A DNA stretch of 64,000 nt from the NCBI GenBank assembly GCA_965658675.1, contig CBFHTT010000031.1:175716-239715 (forward strand), in the 5' to 3' direction. Under the pieces are notes generated by a model, which was given only the letters and a program-made list of their open reading frames with translations, was not told where the DNA came from and ran no database searches. How positions within the stretch are numbered: position 1 is the first letter of the stretch; every line of letters starts with the position of its first letter. Shown here piece by piece: positions 1 through 8,231 of the stretch. A program made the translations under genes and the position numbers. The stretch is from Limisphaerales bacterium. Its GTDB lineage: Bacteria; Verrucomicrobiota; Verrucomicrobiia; Limisphaerales; CAZKNW01.

Positions 1-1
1 A

Positions 2-910
2 TATCTGAATCTGGATGAGAAAGTCTCTGACACCATCACGGAATGGAAAACCGATGAGCGCCGTTCGTTAATCACCGTCCGCCAACTGCTGCAACTCAAC
101 AGCGGCATCGAGCCCGGCCCCAATGGGAAGGTCCCTTCCTACAAGGAAGCCATACAGGTGAAAGCCATCGATGACGCGGGCAACAAATTTCGCTATGGCC
201 CCAATGCCTTCATGGTATTTGGCGAATTGATGAAACGGAAATTAGAAGGCAAACACGGTTCAGCTCTGGCCTATCTGGAAGAGCGCATCTTCAAGCCAAT
301 CGGACTCAAACACGGTATCTGGCGCAAAGATGTGGACGGTAACCCGCACCTGCCTTCCGGAGCATTTATCACAGCAAAGGAGTGGGCCAAGTTTGGCTTA
401 CTCATACAGAATCAGGGAAAATGGAACGGGAAACAAATTCTCGACTCATCACTACTCAAACAGTGTTTCCAACCTGCCAAGGCACAACCTCTCTATGGCA
501 TCACATTCTGGCTGGGGAGAGGCGACGACACGCCCAAAGACCTCGTCATGGCAGCCGGTGCTGGAAAACAGAAACTGTATATCTGCCCATCCAAAGAATT
601 GCTCATTGTCCAACTCGCCGAAGCCAAGGGATACAAGGAGAACGAATTCATAAAACTCGCACTCGCAGGATTTGAGGGAAAGGTCATCGCTCCAGCGAAG
701 AGACCTCAATCAACAACATCCAATCGACCAACTCCCGGAAACGGAAACCGACTGCAAACGCTGTTCAACCAAATGGACAGAAACAAGGACGGCAAGATTG
801 AGAAAAGCGAAGCATCTCGAATGAATCGTTTCGATCAACTCGACGGCAATCAGGATGGTTTCCTCACAATGGAGGAGATCATGGGAAGGCTTCTGCCGAA
901 TCAGCGATAG
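2..910 (+). CDS. Serine hydrolase (beta-lactamase/PBP-like family), C-terminal part, fused to a C-terminal EF-hand pair; 5' end outside window
   Basis: Frame 2 is open from nt 2 with no stop before the ORF-track start at 158, so the gene is cut by the window edge. The body resembles the C-terminal half of class-C beta-lactamase-like esterases. The tail carries two EF-hand loops, DRNKDGKIEKSE and DGNQDGFLTMEE. Stop TAG at 908-910. Confidence 0.6.
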   Translation, partial: YLNLDEKVSDTITEWKTDERRSLITVRQLLQLNSGIEPGPNGKVPSYKEAIQVKAIDDAGNKFRYGPNAFMVFGELMKRKLEGKHGSALAYLEERIFKPIGLKHGIWRKDVDGNPHLPSGAFITAKEWAKFGLLIQNQGKWNGKQILDSSLLKQCFQPAKAQPLYGITFWLGRGDDTPKDLVMAAGAGKQKLYICPSKELLIVQLAEAKGYKENEFIKLALAGFEGKVIAPAKRPQSTTSNRPTPGNGNRLQTLFNQMDRNKDGKIEKSEASRMNRFDQLDGNQDGFLTMEEIMGRLLPNQR

Positions 911-924
911 TGGTCGACTACCTG

Positions 925-1404
925 CTAAGAATTCTTGGACTCTACATAGGTCTTCAGACCGCCTTCGCCATAGAGCATCTTCCAGCCCTCATCCATACTG
1001 TTGAGCATCTCGTCCGTGACATTGCCGATCAATGAATCTGTCAACGTCAGCAATGTCCCTCCATCAGATTCTTCAAGCGATATCATGATGACCGATTGAG
1101 CCGGCCCACCCCATGGTGGAACGATCTGGGCAACGCAACCAAGCAGTAGAGGAGGTTGAAAAGAAATGATGTTTCCCCAAATGTGCCCCCCTCCTTCATC
1201 ATCTATTTTCTCATACAGATGTCCTCCAATTCGCTGATCCATAAACATGCCTTTGGAGCCTTGGCAAATCAGGAAATCCTGACGCCACCATTGGGTCACA
1301 TCCTCGACCATGCACTGCCAGGTTCTTTCAACCGGAGCATCGATCTGTATTTCGACACGAACGACAGCTGATCCTGCGGGTAAGCATTCTTTTGATTCAC
1401 TCAT
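925..1404 (-). CDS. SRPBCC / AHSA1-like (START-fold) ligand-binding protein
   Basis: 159-aa ORF. The pattern RVEIQIDAPVERTWQCMVEDVTQWW ... GGTLLTLTDS is typical of AHSA1/SRPBCC proteins that commonly follow ArsR regulators. It lies 29 nt downstream of the ArsR gene on the same strand. Confidence 0.65.
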   Translation of the reverse strand: MSESKECLPAGSAVVRVEIQIDAPVERTWQCMVEDVTQWWRQDFLICQGSKGMFMDQRIGGHLYEKIDDEGGGHIWGNIISFQPPLLLGCVAQIVPPWGGPAQSVIMISLEESDGGTLLTLTDSLIGNVTDEMLNSMDEGWKMLYGEGGLKTYVESKNS

Positions 1405-1433
1405 GATATTTTCTTTTTGGGGTTAGTTTTGGG

Positions 1434-1787
1434 CTATTCGGTTGCAGATGACTCCTCAGCAAGGCGCTTCAGTCTCGCAAGATTTCTTTTGTGAGAACGA
1501 GTTCGATCGGAAATCCAGCCAGCCACCTCCTTCAAAGGAGCCCGCTCCAACACATTGAGCCTGGTGCGTCCCTCCCGCCTGATCTCAATCAATCTGGCAT
1601 CCTCCAAGACATCGAGATGCTTCATCACTCCCGTTCTGGAGAGCCGATCACCAAACAACTCAACGATCTCACCGGTAGTCTGATCATCCACAGCAAGGTG
1701 CTCCAGAATCTTCCGACGCACCGGATCAGCCAACGCCTTCCAAACGACATCTGGCACTTCGCTTAACATGTCACTAATTAGTGACAC
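1434..1787 (-). CDS. ArsR/SmtB-family winged-helix transcriptional regulator
   Basis: 117-aa ORF with the signature LADPVRRKILEHL...TTGEIVELF..LSRTGVMKHLDVLEDARLIEIRREGR. Confidence 0.85.
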   Translation of the reverse strand: MSLISDMLSEVPDVVWKALADPVRRKILEHLAVDDQTTGEIVELFGDRLSRTGVMKHLDVLEDARLIEIRREGRTRLNVLERAPLKEVAGWISDRTRSHKRNLARLKRLAEESSATE

Positions 1788-1855
1788 TTAAAGCAATCAG
1801 TCAACTGTGAAACCCTGTTGACATTGTTTTCATTTGGAACTAACTGTTTATTCAT

Positions 1856-2350
1856 ATGAAACATTCATCCACCCGCTATGAGCCCCGTAGTGAGCCTCCG
1901 GTAGAAATGAAAGATGCTCCGGCAGGCATGGTGAATTACTGTGTCAATGGCCCGTCCACCAAGAACAAAGCCCAAGACTATGGGCCAGCCAAAATGGTAG
2001 ATACCCTGCGCAAGGGGTTGCCTTTTCAAGAGCTCGAGGCACTGCGTTTCATGCTGAGCATCCCCATGGAGCGGCTCGCCTCCCTTCTGATGATTTCAAA
2101 AGCCACCCTACATCGTCGCAAGGCCAGCGGTCGATTGGATCAATTGGAGTCAGATCGCGTAGTGCGCTTTGCCCGTTTGGTTGGGAAGGCAGTTGAAGTT
2201 ATCGAGTCAGAAGAAGGAGCACGCCAGTGGTTGGCAGCACCTCAACGTGGCCTTGGCGGAGCTATTCCCCTTGAATTCGCCGGCACTGAGGTAGGCGCCA
2301 GAGAAGTTGAGGATCTGCTTACCCGTATCGATCACGGTGTCTACTCCTGA
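1856..2350 (+). CDS. Type II antitoxin, Xre/MbcA/ParS-like (HTH + DUF2384 toxin-binding domain)
   Basis: The C-terminus ARQWLAAPQRGLGGAIPLEFAGTEVGAREVEDLLTRIDHGVYS fits the DUF2384 domain and is preceded by the HTH-like segment ISKATLHRRKASG. The stop overlaps the RES gene start (TGATG at 2348-2352). The true start may be an internal Met such as MVDTLRKG. Confidence 0.8.
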   Translation: MKHSSTRYEPRSEPPVEMKDAPAGMVNYCVNGPSTKNKAQDYGPAKMVDTLRKGLPFQELEALRFMLSIPMERLASLLMISKATLHRRKASGRLDQLESDRVVRFARLVGKAVEVIESEEGARQWLAAPQRGLGGAIPLEFAGTEVGAREVEDLLTRIDHGVYS

Positions 2351-2799
2351 TGATCGCGTGGCGGATCTCCAAGGCAAAGTGGAAGGACACCGCGTTCACA
2401 GGTGAAGGTGCAGCCCATGGTGGTGGTCGCTGGAACTCCAGAAACACTTGGATGGTCTACTGCAGCGAATCCCAGTCTCTCGCCGCTTTGGAAAACCTCG
2501 TTCATCTCAATCCCCCAATCTGCTTCCGATACGTTGTCTTCAAGATCGAGTTCGCAGACAGCCTGATAACCACTCCCGGCAAACCGCTTCCGAAAGACTG
2601 GCAGGAAGAACCGGCAACCATCAGTAGCAAACGAATCGGCGACAAATGGATTCACAACCGAGAATCAGCCGTGCTCAAGATCCCGAGCGCGATCATTCCA
2701 GACGAATTCAACTACCTCCTCAACCCTTCCCATCCTCATTTCAAGAAGATCAAAATAGATCAACCCAAACCCTTCAACTTCGACCCAAGATTGAAGTAA
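2350..2799 (+). CDS. RES-domain toxin (NAD+-targeting RES family)
   Basis: 149-aa ORF with RES hallmarks GGRWNS and VYCSESQSLAALENLVHL. It is translationally coupled to the upstream Xre-like gene. Confidence 0.85.
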   Translation: MIAWRISKAKWKDTAFTGEGAAHGGGRWNSRNTWMVYCSESQSLAALENLVHLNPPICFRYVVFKIEFADSLITTPGKPLPKDWQEEPATISSKRIGDKWIHNRESAVLKIPSAIIPDEFNYLLNPSHPHFKKIKIDQPKPFNFDPRLK

Positions 2800-2849
2800 G
2801 GGCCTTTTCAGATCTTGAAAACATGGAGACAGCGGCGCACAGTAGATGA

Positions 2850-3815
2850 ATGCATTCTGTCTTTTCCCGGTTCTGCCTGATTGGGCTCATAGTCCTTGGT
2901 TCCCTGTCTCTCCATGCCAAGGAGCAGAAGTCTCTCAACGTCCTGTTCATCGGCAACAGCTACACCGCCCGGCACAATCTGTCGGAAGTGGTGAAGTCGA
3001 TGGCTGAGGAAGGCAATCCGGGGCTGGAATTCAAGGTCACCACGGTCATCTATGGCGGCAGAACACTCAAGGATCACTGGCGACTCGGAACGCACCACAT
3101 TATCCGCCTCCACGAGCTGAAGGCCGACGAAGAAACAAAGCTGATTGCCAATCTGGAGAAGCAGGTCAAAGACGACCCGGCAGACAAATACGCCAAGGCT
3201 GCTTTGAAGAAGCATCAGGAGTTGATCAAGACCCTGAACAGGTCGCACGCCAAGTGGGATATCGTCGTCCTTCAATCTTATCGCGATGATCTGAAAGGGG
3301 AGAAATCTGCCTACGTGGAATATGCGCCTCAGTTTGCAGATCTGATTCACAAACAGGGCACCCGGGTAATTCTGTATGAAACCACTCCAACCACTCAGAA
3401 TGCCAAACCACTGACAACAACTCCCGACAAGGCCCCGGTCCTGAAGAAGACCAAGGTCATTGCAGACTTGGCCAATCGTGTGAATGCCAACGTTGCCCCG
3501 ATGGCACTGGCTGGATGGCATTGCCAGAACGAACGCCCTGACCTGCCGCAACGATTCATCAACGACGCCCACTTGAATCAAAATCTGGCCTACCTGACCG
3601 CATGCAATCTCTATGCTGCCATCTTTGAAAAAAGCCCGGTCGGATTGTCTGTCAACTCGGTCACTGACATCCGCTATTTCAAGAACAGCAAAGATCACAA
3701 GGACAAGGACCGTGACGGACTTCCCATCACAAGAACGTTCTCTGACAAGGATCGTAAGGAGCTCCAGTCCATCGCTTGGAAAGCCTTCAACGAATTTCAA
3801 GGAATGAGGAAATGA
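2850..3815 (+). CDS. Secreted SGNH/GDSL-like hydrolase-fold protein (DUF4886-like)
   Basis: Signal peptide MHSVFSRFCLIGLIVLGSLSLHA followed by the block-I-like motif LNVLFIGNSYT. The stop overlaps the next gene start (ATGA at 3812-3815). The antisense 330-aa ORF was rejected. Confidence 0.45.
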   Translation: MHSVFSRFCLIGLIVLGSLSLHAKEQKSLNVLFIGNSYTARHNLSEVVKSMAEEGNPGLEFKVTTVIYGGRTLKDHWRLGTHHIIRLHELKADEETKLIANLEKQVKDDPADKYAKAALKKHQELIKTLNRSHAKWDIVVLQSYRDDLKGEKSAYVEYAPQFADLIHKQGTRVILYETTPTTQNAKPLTTTPDKAPVLKKTKVIADLANRVNANVAPMALAGWHCQNERPDLPQRFINDAHLNQNLAYLTACNLYAAIFEKSPVGLSVNSVTDIRYFKNSKDHKDKDRDGLPITRTFSDKDRKELQSIAWKAFNEFQGMRK

Positions 3816-4960
3816 ACCGTTCGCGATTCATCACAGCCTGTCTCTGCGCAATTGTTCTACTGAGCAATGCAAACGGAGCAGATACAGGTAAGAGGAATCG
3901 GTTCACTACGCTGGACAAGGGATTATCCCGATTGGTCACCACCGAGGCGCTCACAGGAGCACAGGTGACCATAATGAAGCGGGGCGAGATTCTCTTCGCG
4001 GGCAACTACGGAAATATCGCAAACACATCGGACTCCAAGGTCGATGCCAACACACGGTTTCTTATTGCGTCGTGCTCAAAACCATTCGCCTCCGCTTTGA
4101 CCTTGAGCCTCGTTGCAGATGAAAAGGAATCCGTGACGTTGTCTGACACAGTTGATCGCTGGATTCCTCAGTATCCGGGCGCAAAAATAGATAACGGCAG
4201 TTCAACAACGCGCGCTCCAACCATCTCTGAACTACTGTCACACACCGGAGGCATCTATTCCCAAAAACAGAAACTAACTCCCAAGCAAACACGTCTGATC
4301 AGAGACTTCAGACAGACTCTTGAACAGGCTACTCTGGGCATCGCAAGCGTTCCACTGATCGCCGAACCCGGAACGCGATTTGCATACAGTGGCGCCGGAT
4401 ATTGCATCTTGGGGAGAGCCATGGAGATCGCTGCCAAACAACCAATTGAAACGATTCTTCAGAACCGGATCTGCAAGCCTTTGGATCTTCAACACACGAG
4501 CTTCTTCCCTGGAAGATCAGGGTCCACCGAAAACATCGCCACCGGCGTGATTCCCCGCAGTGCCCCCCATCGATTGGGCAAGACACATCGCTTCCCACTT
4601 GTGGGCGGCAGCATCTACTCCACATCCAAAGAGATGGCCATCTTTGCCAACGCGATTTCTGAATCATGGAACGGCAGAAGCAACAAGCTCGCCCTACCTC
4701 AAGGTCTGGTACAAGAGCTTGGAAAACGCAGGAGCAGTGAAAGCAGCTATACCTTAGGATGGAGCATGGCCAAAGACGGAGAGATCACACGACTCTCTCA
4801 CTCCGGCTCACTCATGGCTTACAAAGCGTGGATTGCCGTCGAGTTGGAACCAGGCATCTCTATGGCAGCTTGTTGGACATTGAGAGAACAAGGAACAAAA
4901 CCACCCGTCATACCACTCCTCAAACAAAGCTTCGAAAAGATCGGCTCATCAAATGAATGA
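3812..4960 (+). CDS. Secreted serine hydrolase, beta-lactamase/PBP-like family
   Basis: Start chosen at the Met that gives signal peptide MNRSRFITACLCAIVLLSNANG. S-x-x-K active-site motif in IASCSKPFAS. The ORF-track start at 3776 would overlap the previous gene by 40 nt. Confidence 0.8.
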   Translation: MNRSRFITACLCAIVLLSNANGADTGKRNRFTTLDKGLSRLVTTEALTGAQVTIMKRGEILFAGNYGNIANTSDSKVDANTRFLIASCSKPFASALTLSLVADEKESVTLSDTVDRWIPQYPGAKIDNGSSTTRAPTISELLSHTGGIYSQKQKLTPKQTRLIRDFRQTLEQATLGIASVPLIAEPGTRFAYSGAGYCILGRAMEIAAKQPIETILQNRICKPLDLQHTSFFPGRSGSTENIATGVIPRSAPHRLGKTHRFPLVGGSIYSTSKEMAIFANAISESWNGRSNKLALPQGLVQELGKRRSSESSYTLGWSMAKDGEITRLSHSGSLMAYKAWIAVELEPGISMAACWTLREQGTKPPVIPLLKQSFEKIGSSNE

Positions 4961-7391
4961 TCTAAAATTTGCGCTAAGACTACTTCTCAAGAACCCAGGG
5001 TTCTCCGCAATAGCCATCCTGACCCTTGCGTTGGGTATCGGAGCGACAACGACGATGTTCAGCGTGGTCAATGGAGTGCTACTCAAGCCCTTGGACTTCG
5101 AAGACTCGGACAGGATCGTCTACGTATATGAATCCGATCCTGAAAAAGGATTTCAACGCAGACACACATCCCCTGCCACCTTTCTAGATTGGCGGCGCGA
5201 GAGCTCAGTCTTCGAGACACTAAGTTTCACTGCTGAGTATGCCGGGCAGACAACCCGCAGCTTTCTCTATCTCGGAAAGAACGGCGATCCGGCGGAACGT
5301 TTCCACGGTAGATTCGTGCCCAATGACTACTTCGCCACCTATGGCGTGGCACCATTCATGGGGCGATCCTTCAACAAGGAAGAAGAACAGGCCGGCTCAG
5401 CCAGAACCGTCGTTCTATCACATACCTTCTGGGCCAATGTGCTTGGATCCGATCCGGATATCATCGGCAACACCATTACGTTGGAGAATCAAGGACGCCA
5501 TACCTACGAAGTGATCGGTATACTTCCTGAATCCCCACGCGTGCCCGGTGGTGATATCTTCTCCTCTTGTGCCCACATGGGGCGACCAATGACCCGCCGC
5601 GGCGGCCCCATGCTTAGAGTGATCGGAAAGCTCAAGCCTGATGTCTCAGTCGCTCAGGCTCAAGCGGAGCTATCCGCCATCCAGTCACGCATTCATGACG
5701 AACACGGACACTTGGCCGAACGGGGCTCTCATCTGATGATCGGACAGTCCATTGATGTTTTCCCCTTGAAGGAGGCCACCGTCGGAAATGTCCGCAAATC
5801 GCTCTACATTTTTTCAGGGGCTGTTCTTCTCGTTCTCCTGACCGCCTGTGCCAATGTTGCCAACCTCCTTCTTTCCCGTGCATTGACACGTCAGCGCGAG
5901 GTCGCCATCCGCTCTGCATTGGGAGCCAGTAGAATAAAGATCGTCCGGCAGCTCATGGCAGAAAGCATCACTCTGTCTCTGATGGGCGGAATCGTAGGAG
6001 CCATGTTGAGCTACTGGGGACTCCAGCTGTTGATCCAGTTCAATGCCGACAGTGTTCCTCGGATCGCCGAGGTGACCATTGATCCTTGGGTGCTCGGTTT
6101 CACCCTCTTCTTATCTGTTGTCACCGGACTCATCTTTGGTCTCGTGCCTGCGCTTCAGACATCCAAAGCAGATCTGAACCACTCATTGAAAGAAGGCTCC
6201 ACACACACTACTGGAAGTCGATTTCATCATGGCATGAGTCACATCTTCACGGTCGCTCAGGTGGCCTTGGCTCTCATCCTCCTGATCGGTGCCGGACTAC
6301 TTCTCCAGAGCTTCAACAAACTCCAGTCCATCGACCTCGGTTTCAAGAATTCGAACAACCTTCTGACGGTGGACGTGGTCATGAACGGAGCCGCCTACAA
6401 GAACGAAAGCCAACGCAGAATCTTTATCAAAGGACTGCTGGAAAGAATGAACGGAACATCCGGGGTCGAAGATGCCTGCCTCGTCTCGATGATTCCTGAT
6501 CGAGGAAACGGGTGGCCCACACGTTTCCCCCGCATGGATCAGCCTCAGGTCGAACCGAACAAACGCCCCACCGTAAACACCCGGGTTGTCACACCAAGGT
6601 TCCTGAGCACCTACGGAATCGCTCTCCAACAAGGTCGCGAGTTCTCAGACGCTGATTCCGAGAAATCTCAACCGGTAGCGATGATCAATCAGGCATTTGC
6701 AGACAAGTACTTCCCTGATGAAAACCCACTGGGGAAACTGATCGAATGCGGAGGCAGGCGCGAGATCATCGGCATCATTTCCAACGTAAAAAACGCTGGC
6801 ATAAGAAACGACACCCAAGCCGAAGTCTTCTTTCCCTATACCCAATGGGAAAACCCTTCCGGCTTTCTGACCGTGAGAGCGTCCAATCCCATGGCCCTGG
6901 CACCCGTGGTCACCGAATACGTCCGCCAACTCAACCCCGAACAGCCTCTCAAATTCTTCAAGACAATGGACGACTACATCGATCGCGCCTACGCGCGTCC
7001 GAGATTCAGATCCATGCTGATCGGAGTCTTCGCATTGATCGCACTGATCTTGGCAAGCATCGGAATCTACAGCGTGATGGCCTACTCCATTTCCCAACGC
7101 ACCAGTGAAATGGGAATCCGGATGGCTCTTGGCGCTCAGAGACGGGATGTCCTCCTTCTGGTTTTGAAACAAGGACTGAAACTGACCTTGCTCGGAATCT
7201 GTATCGGATTGGCAGGAAGCCCTGCCCTAACCCGCGTCCTCCAAAGCTACCTGTACAACATCAACGCAGCTGATCCTTGGACCTATCTGGGTATTGCCGG
7301 ATTTCTCGTCCTGATCGGAACCATCGCCTGCATCATCCCCGCAGCAAGAGCAATGAAGATCAGTCCCAACGAAGCGCTACGTTACGAGTGA
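4953..7391 (+). CDS. MacB-like / ADOP-family ABC permease (duplicated FtsX domains), no adjacent ATPase
   Basis: 812 aa. The N-terminus MNDLKFALRLLLKNPGFSAIAILTLALGIGATTTMFSVVNGVLLKPL is the hallmark ADOP/MacB start. There are two FtsX-type TM bundles, each after a large periplasmic domain. The start overlaps the previous stop by 8 nt. Confidence 0.85.
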   Translation: MNDLKFALRLLLKNPGFSAIAILTLALGIGATTTMFSVVNGVLLKPLDFEDSDRIVYVYESDPEKGFQRRHTSPATFLDWRRESSVFETLSFTAEYAGQTTRSFLYLGKNGDPAERFHGRFVPNDYFATYGVAPFMGRSFNKEEEQAGSARTVVLSHTFWANVLGSDPDIIGNTITLENQGRHTYEVIGILPESPRVPGGDIFSSCAHMGRPMTRRGGPMLRVIGKLKPDVSVAQAQAELSAIQSRIHDEHGHLAERGSHLMIGQSIDVFPLKEATVGNVRKSLYIFSGAVLLVLLTACANVANLLLSRALTRQREVAIRSALGASRIKIVRQLMAESITLSLMGGIVGAMLSYWGLQLLIQFNADSVPRIAEVTIDPWVLGFTLFLSVVTGLIFGLVPALQTSKADLNHSLKEGSTHTTGSRFHHGMSHIFTVAQVALALILLIGAGLLLQSFNKLQSIDLGFKNSNNLLTVDVVMNGAAYKNESQRRIFIKGLLERMNGTSGVEDACLVSMIPDRGNGWPTRFPRMDQPQVEPNKRPTVNTRVVTPRFLSTYGIALQQGREFSDADSEKSQPVAMINQAFADKYFPDENPLGKLIECGGRREIIGIISNVKNAGIRNDTQAEVFFPYTQWENPSGFLTVRASNPMALAPVVTEYVRQLNPEQPLKFFKTMDDYIDRAYARPRFRSMLIGVFALIALILASIGIYSVMAYSISQRTSEMGIRMALGAQRRDVLLLVLKQGLKLTLLGICIGLAGSPALTRVLQSYLYNINAADPWTYLGIAGFLVLIGTIACIIPAARAMKISPNEALRYE

Positions 7392-8203
7392 GCCCCAAAA
7401 AATTCTCTGTCTCGATTGTGAAACACCTTCTCCTACTACTCATTCCTTTCATGGCATCAGCCGACCCCTTCATCGTCGCCCACAGAGGGGCTTCAGGCGA
7501 CGCACCTGAGAACACACTCCCAGCCTTTGAACTGGCATGGAAACAAGAAGCAGATGCCATTGAAGGTGATTTTCACCTCACGGCAGATGGTCACGTCATC
7601 TGCAACCATGACAAGACCACCAAGAAGATGGCAGGCAAGAACCTGACCATCAAAGACTCATCATTGTCCCAGCTCCAAGCCCTCGATCTGAGTCAGGTTC
7701 AAGGGAGGAAATGGGCACCACTTCGTTTTCCAACGCTATCAGAAGTGCTGGGCACTGTTCCTGACAGAAAGCTCATCTACGTCGAAATCAAGAGCGACAA
7801 AACGATTCTCCCAGCCTTGCTGAAAGACCTGTCAAACTCAGGCCTAAAGGATGAACAAATCGTCATCATCTCCTTCAGCACAGACGTGATTCGCGCCGTC
7901 AAGAAGCAGGCGCCGCAATACAAGGCCATGTGGCTTTCATCGATCAAGAAAGACGACAACGGAAACACAACACCCGCCATTCCACATATCCTGAAAACCC
8001 TCAAATCGATCAACGCCGACGGCTTCAGCGCACAAGGAAATGCACTCCTAAAGAGTCACTATGTAAAAGCGATCAAAGAGGCAGGCTACTCCTTTCATGT
8101 CTGGACAGTGGATAATCCATCCGAAGCAGAACGTTTTGCCAAATACGGAGTCGACTCCATCACAACCAACTACCCAAGACGCATCAGAGACACCCTGAAG
8201 TAG
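7388..8203 (+). CDS. Secreted glycerophosphodiester phosphodiesterase (GDPD family)
   Basis: Motif FIVAHRGASGDAPENTLPAFELAW...ADAIEGDFHLTADGHVICNHD. A GTG start at 7388 (GTGA overlap with the permease stop) gives the signal peptide SPKKFSVSIVKHLLLLLIPFMASA. GTG at 7418 is an alternative. The ORF-track start at 7277 overlaps the permease and is unlikely. Confidence 0.8.
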   Translation: MSPKKFSVSIVKHLLLLLIPFMASADPFIVAHRGASGDAPENTLPAFELAWKQEADAIEGDFHLTADGHVICNHDKTTKKMAGKNLTIKDSSLSQLQALDLSQVQGRKWAPLRFPTLSEVLGTVPDRKLIYVEIKSDKTILPALLKDLSNSGLKDEQIVIISFSTDVIRAVKKQAPQYKAMWLSSIKKDDNGNTTPAIPHILKTLKSINADGFSAQGNALLKSHYVKAIKEAGYSFHVWTVDNPSEAERFAKYGVDSITTNYPRRIRDTLK

Positions 8204-8231
8204 TCGAAGCCAAGTCTCCAAGCCCTCGATC

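Noticed and set aside
1788-1855. A TTGACA hexamer (about 1818) as the promoter of the antitoxin-toxin operon.
   Set aside because: There is no acceptable -10 element at 16-18 nt spacing. PVC promoters are poorly defined, so this is too weak to annotate.
2808-3800. A 330-aa ORF on the minus strand, fully antisense to the 2850-3815 gene.
   Set aside because: It has no recognisable motif. The plus-strand frame has a clean signal peptide and an SGNH-like block, and it joins the downstream gene with an ATGA overlap. This is a typical shadow ORF.
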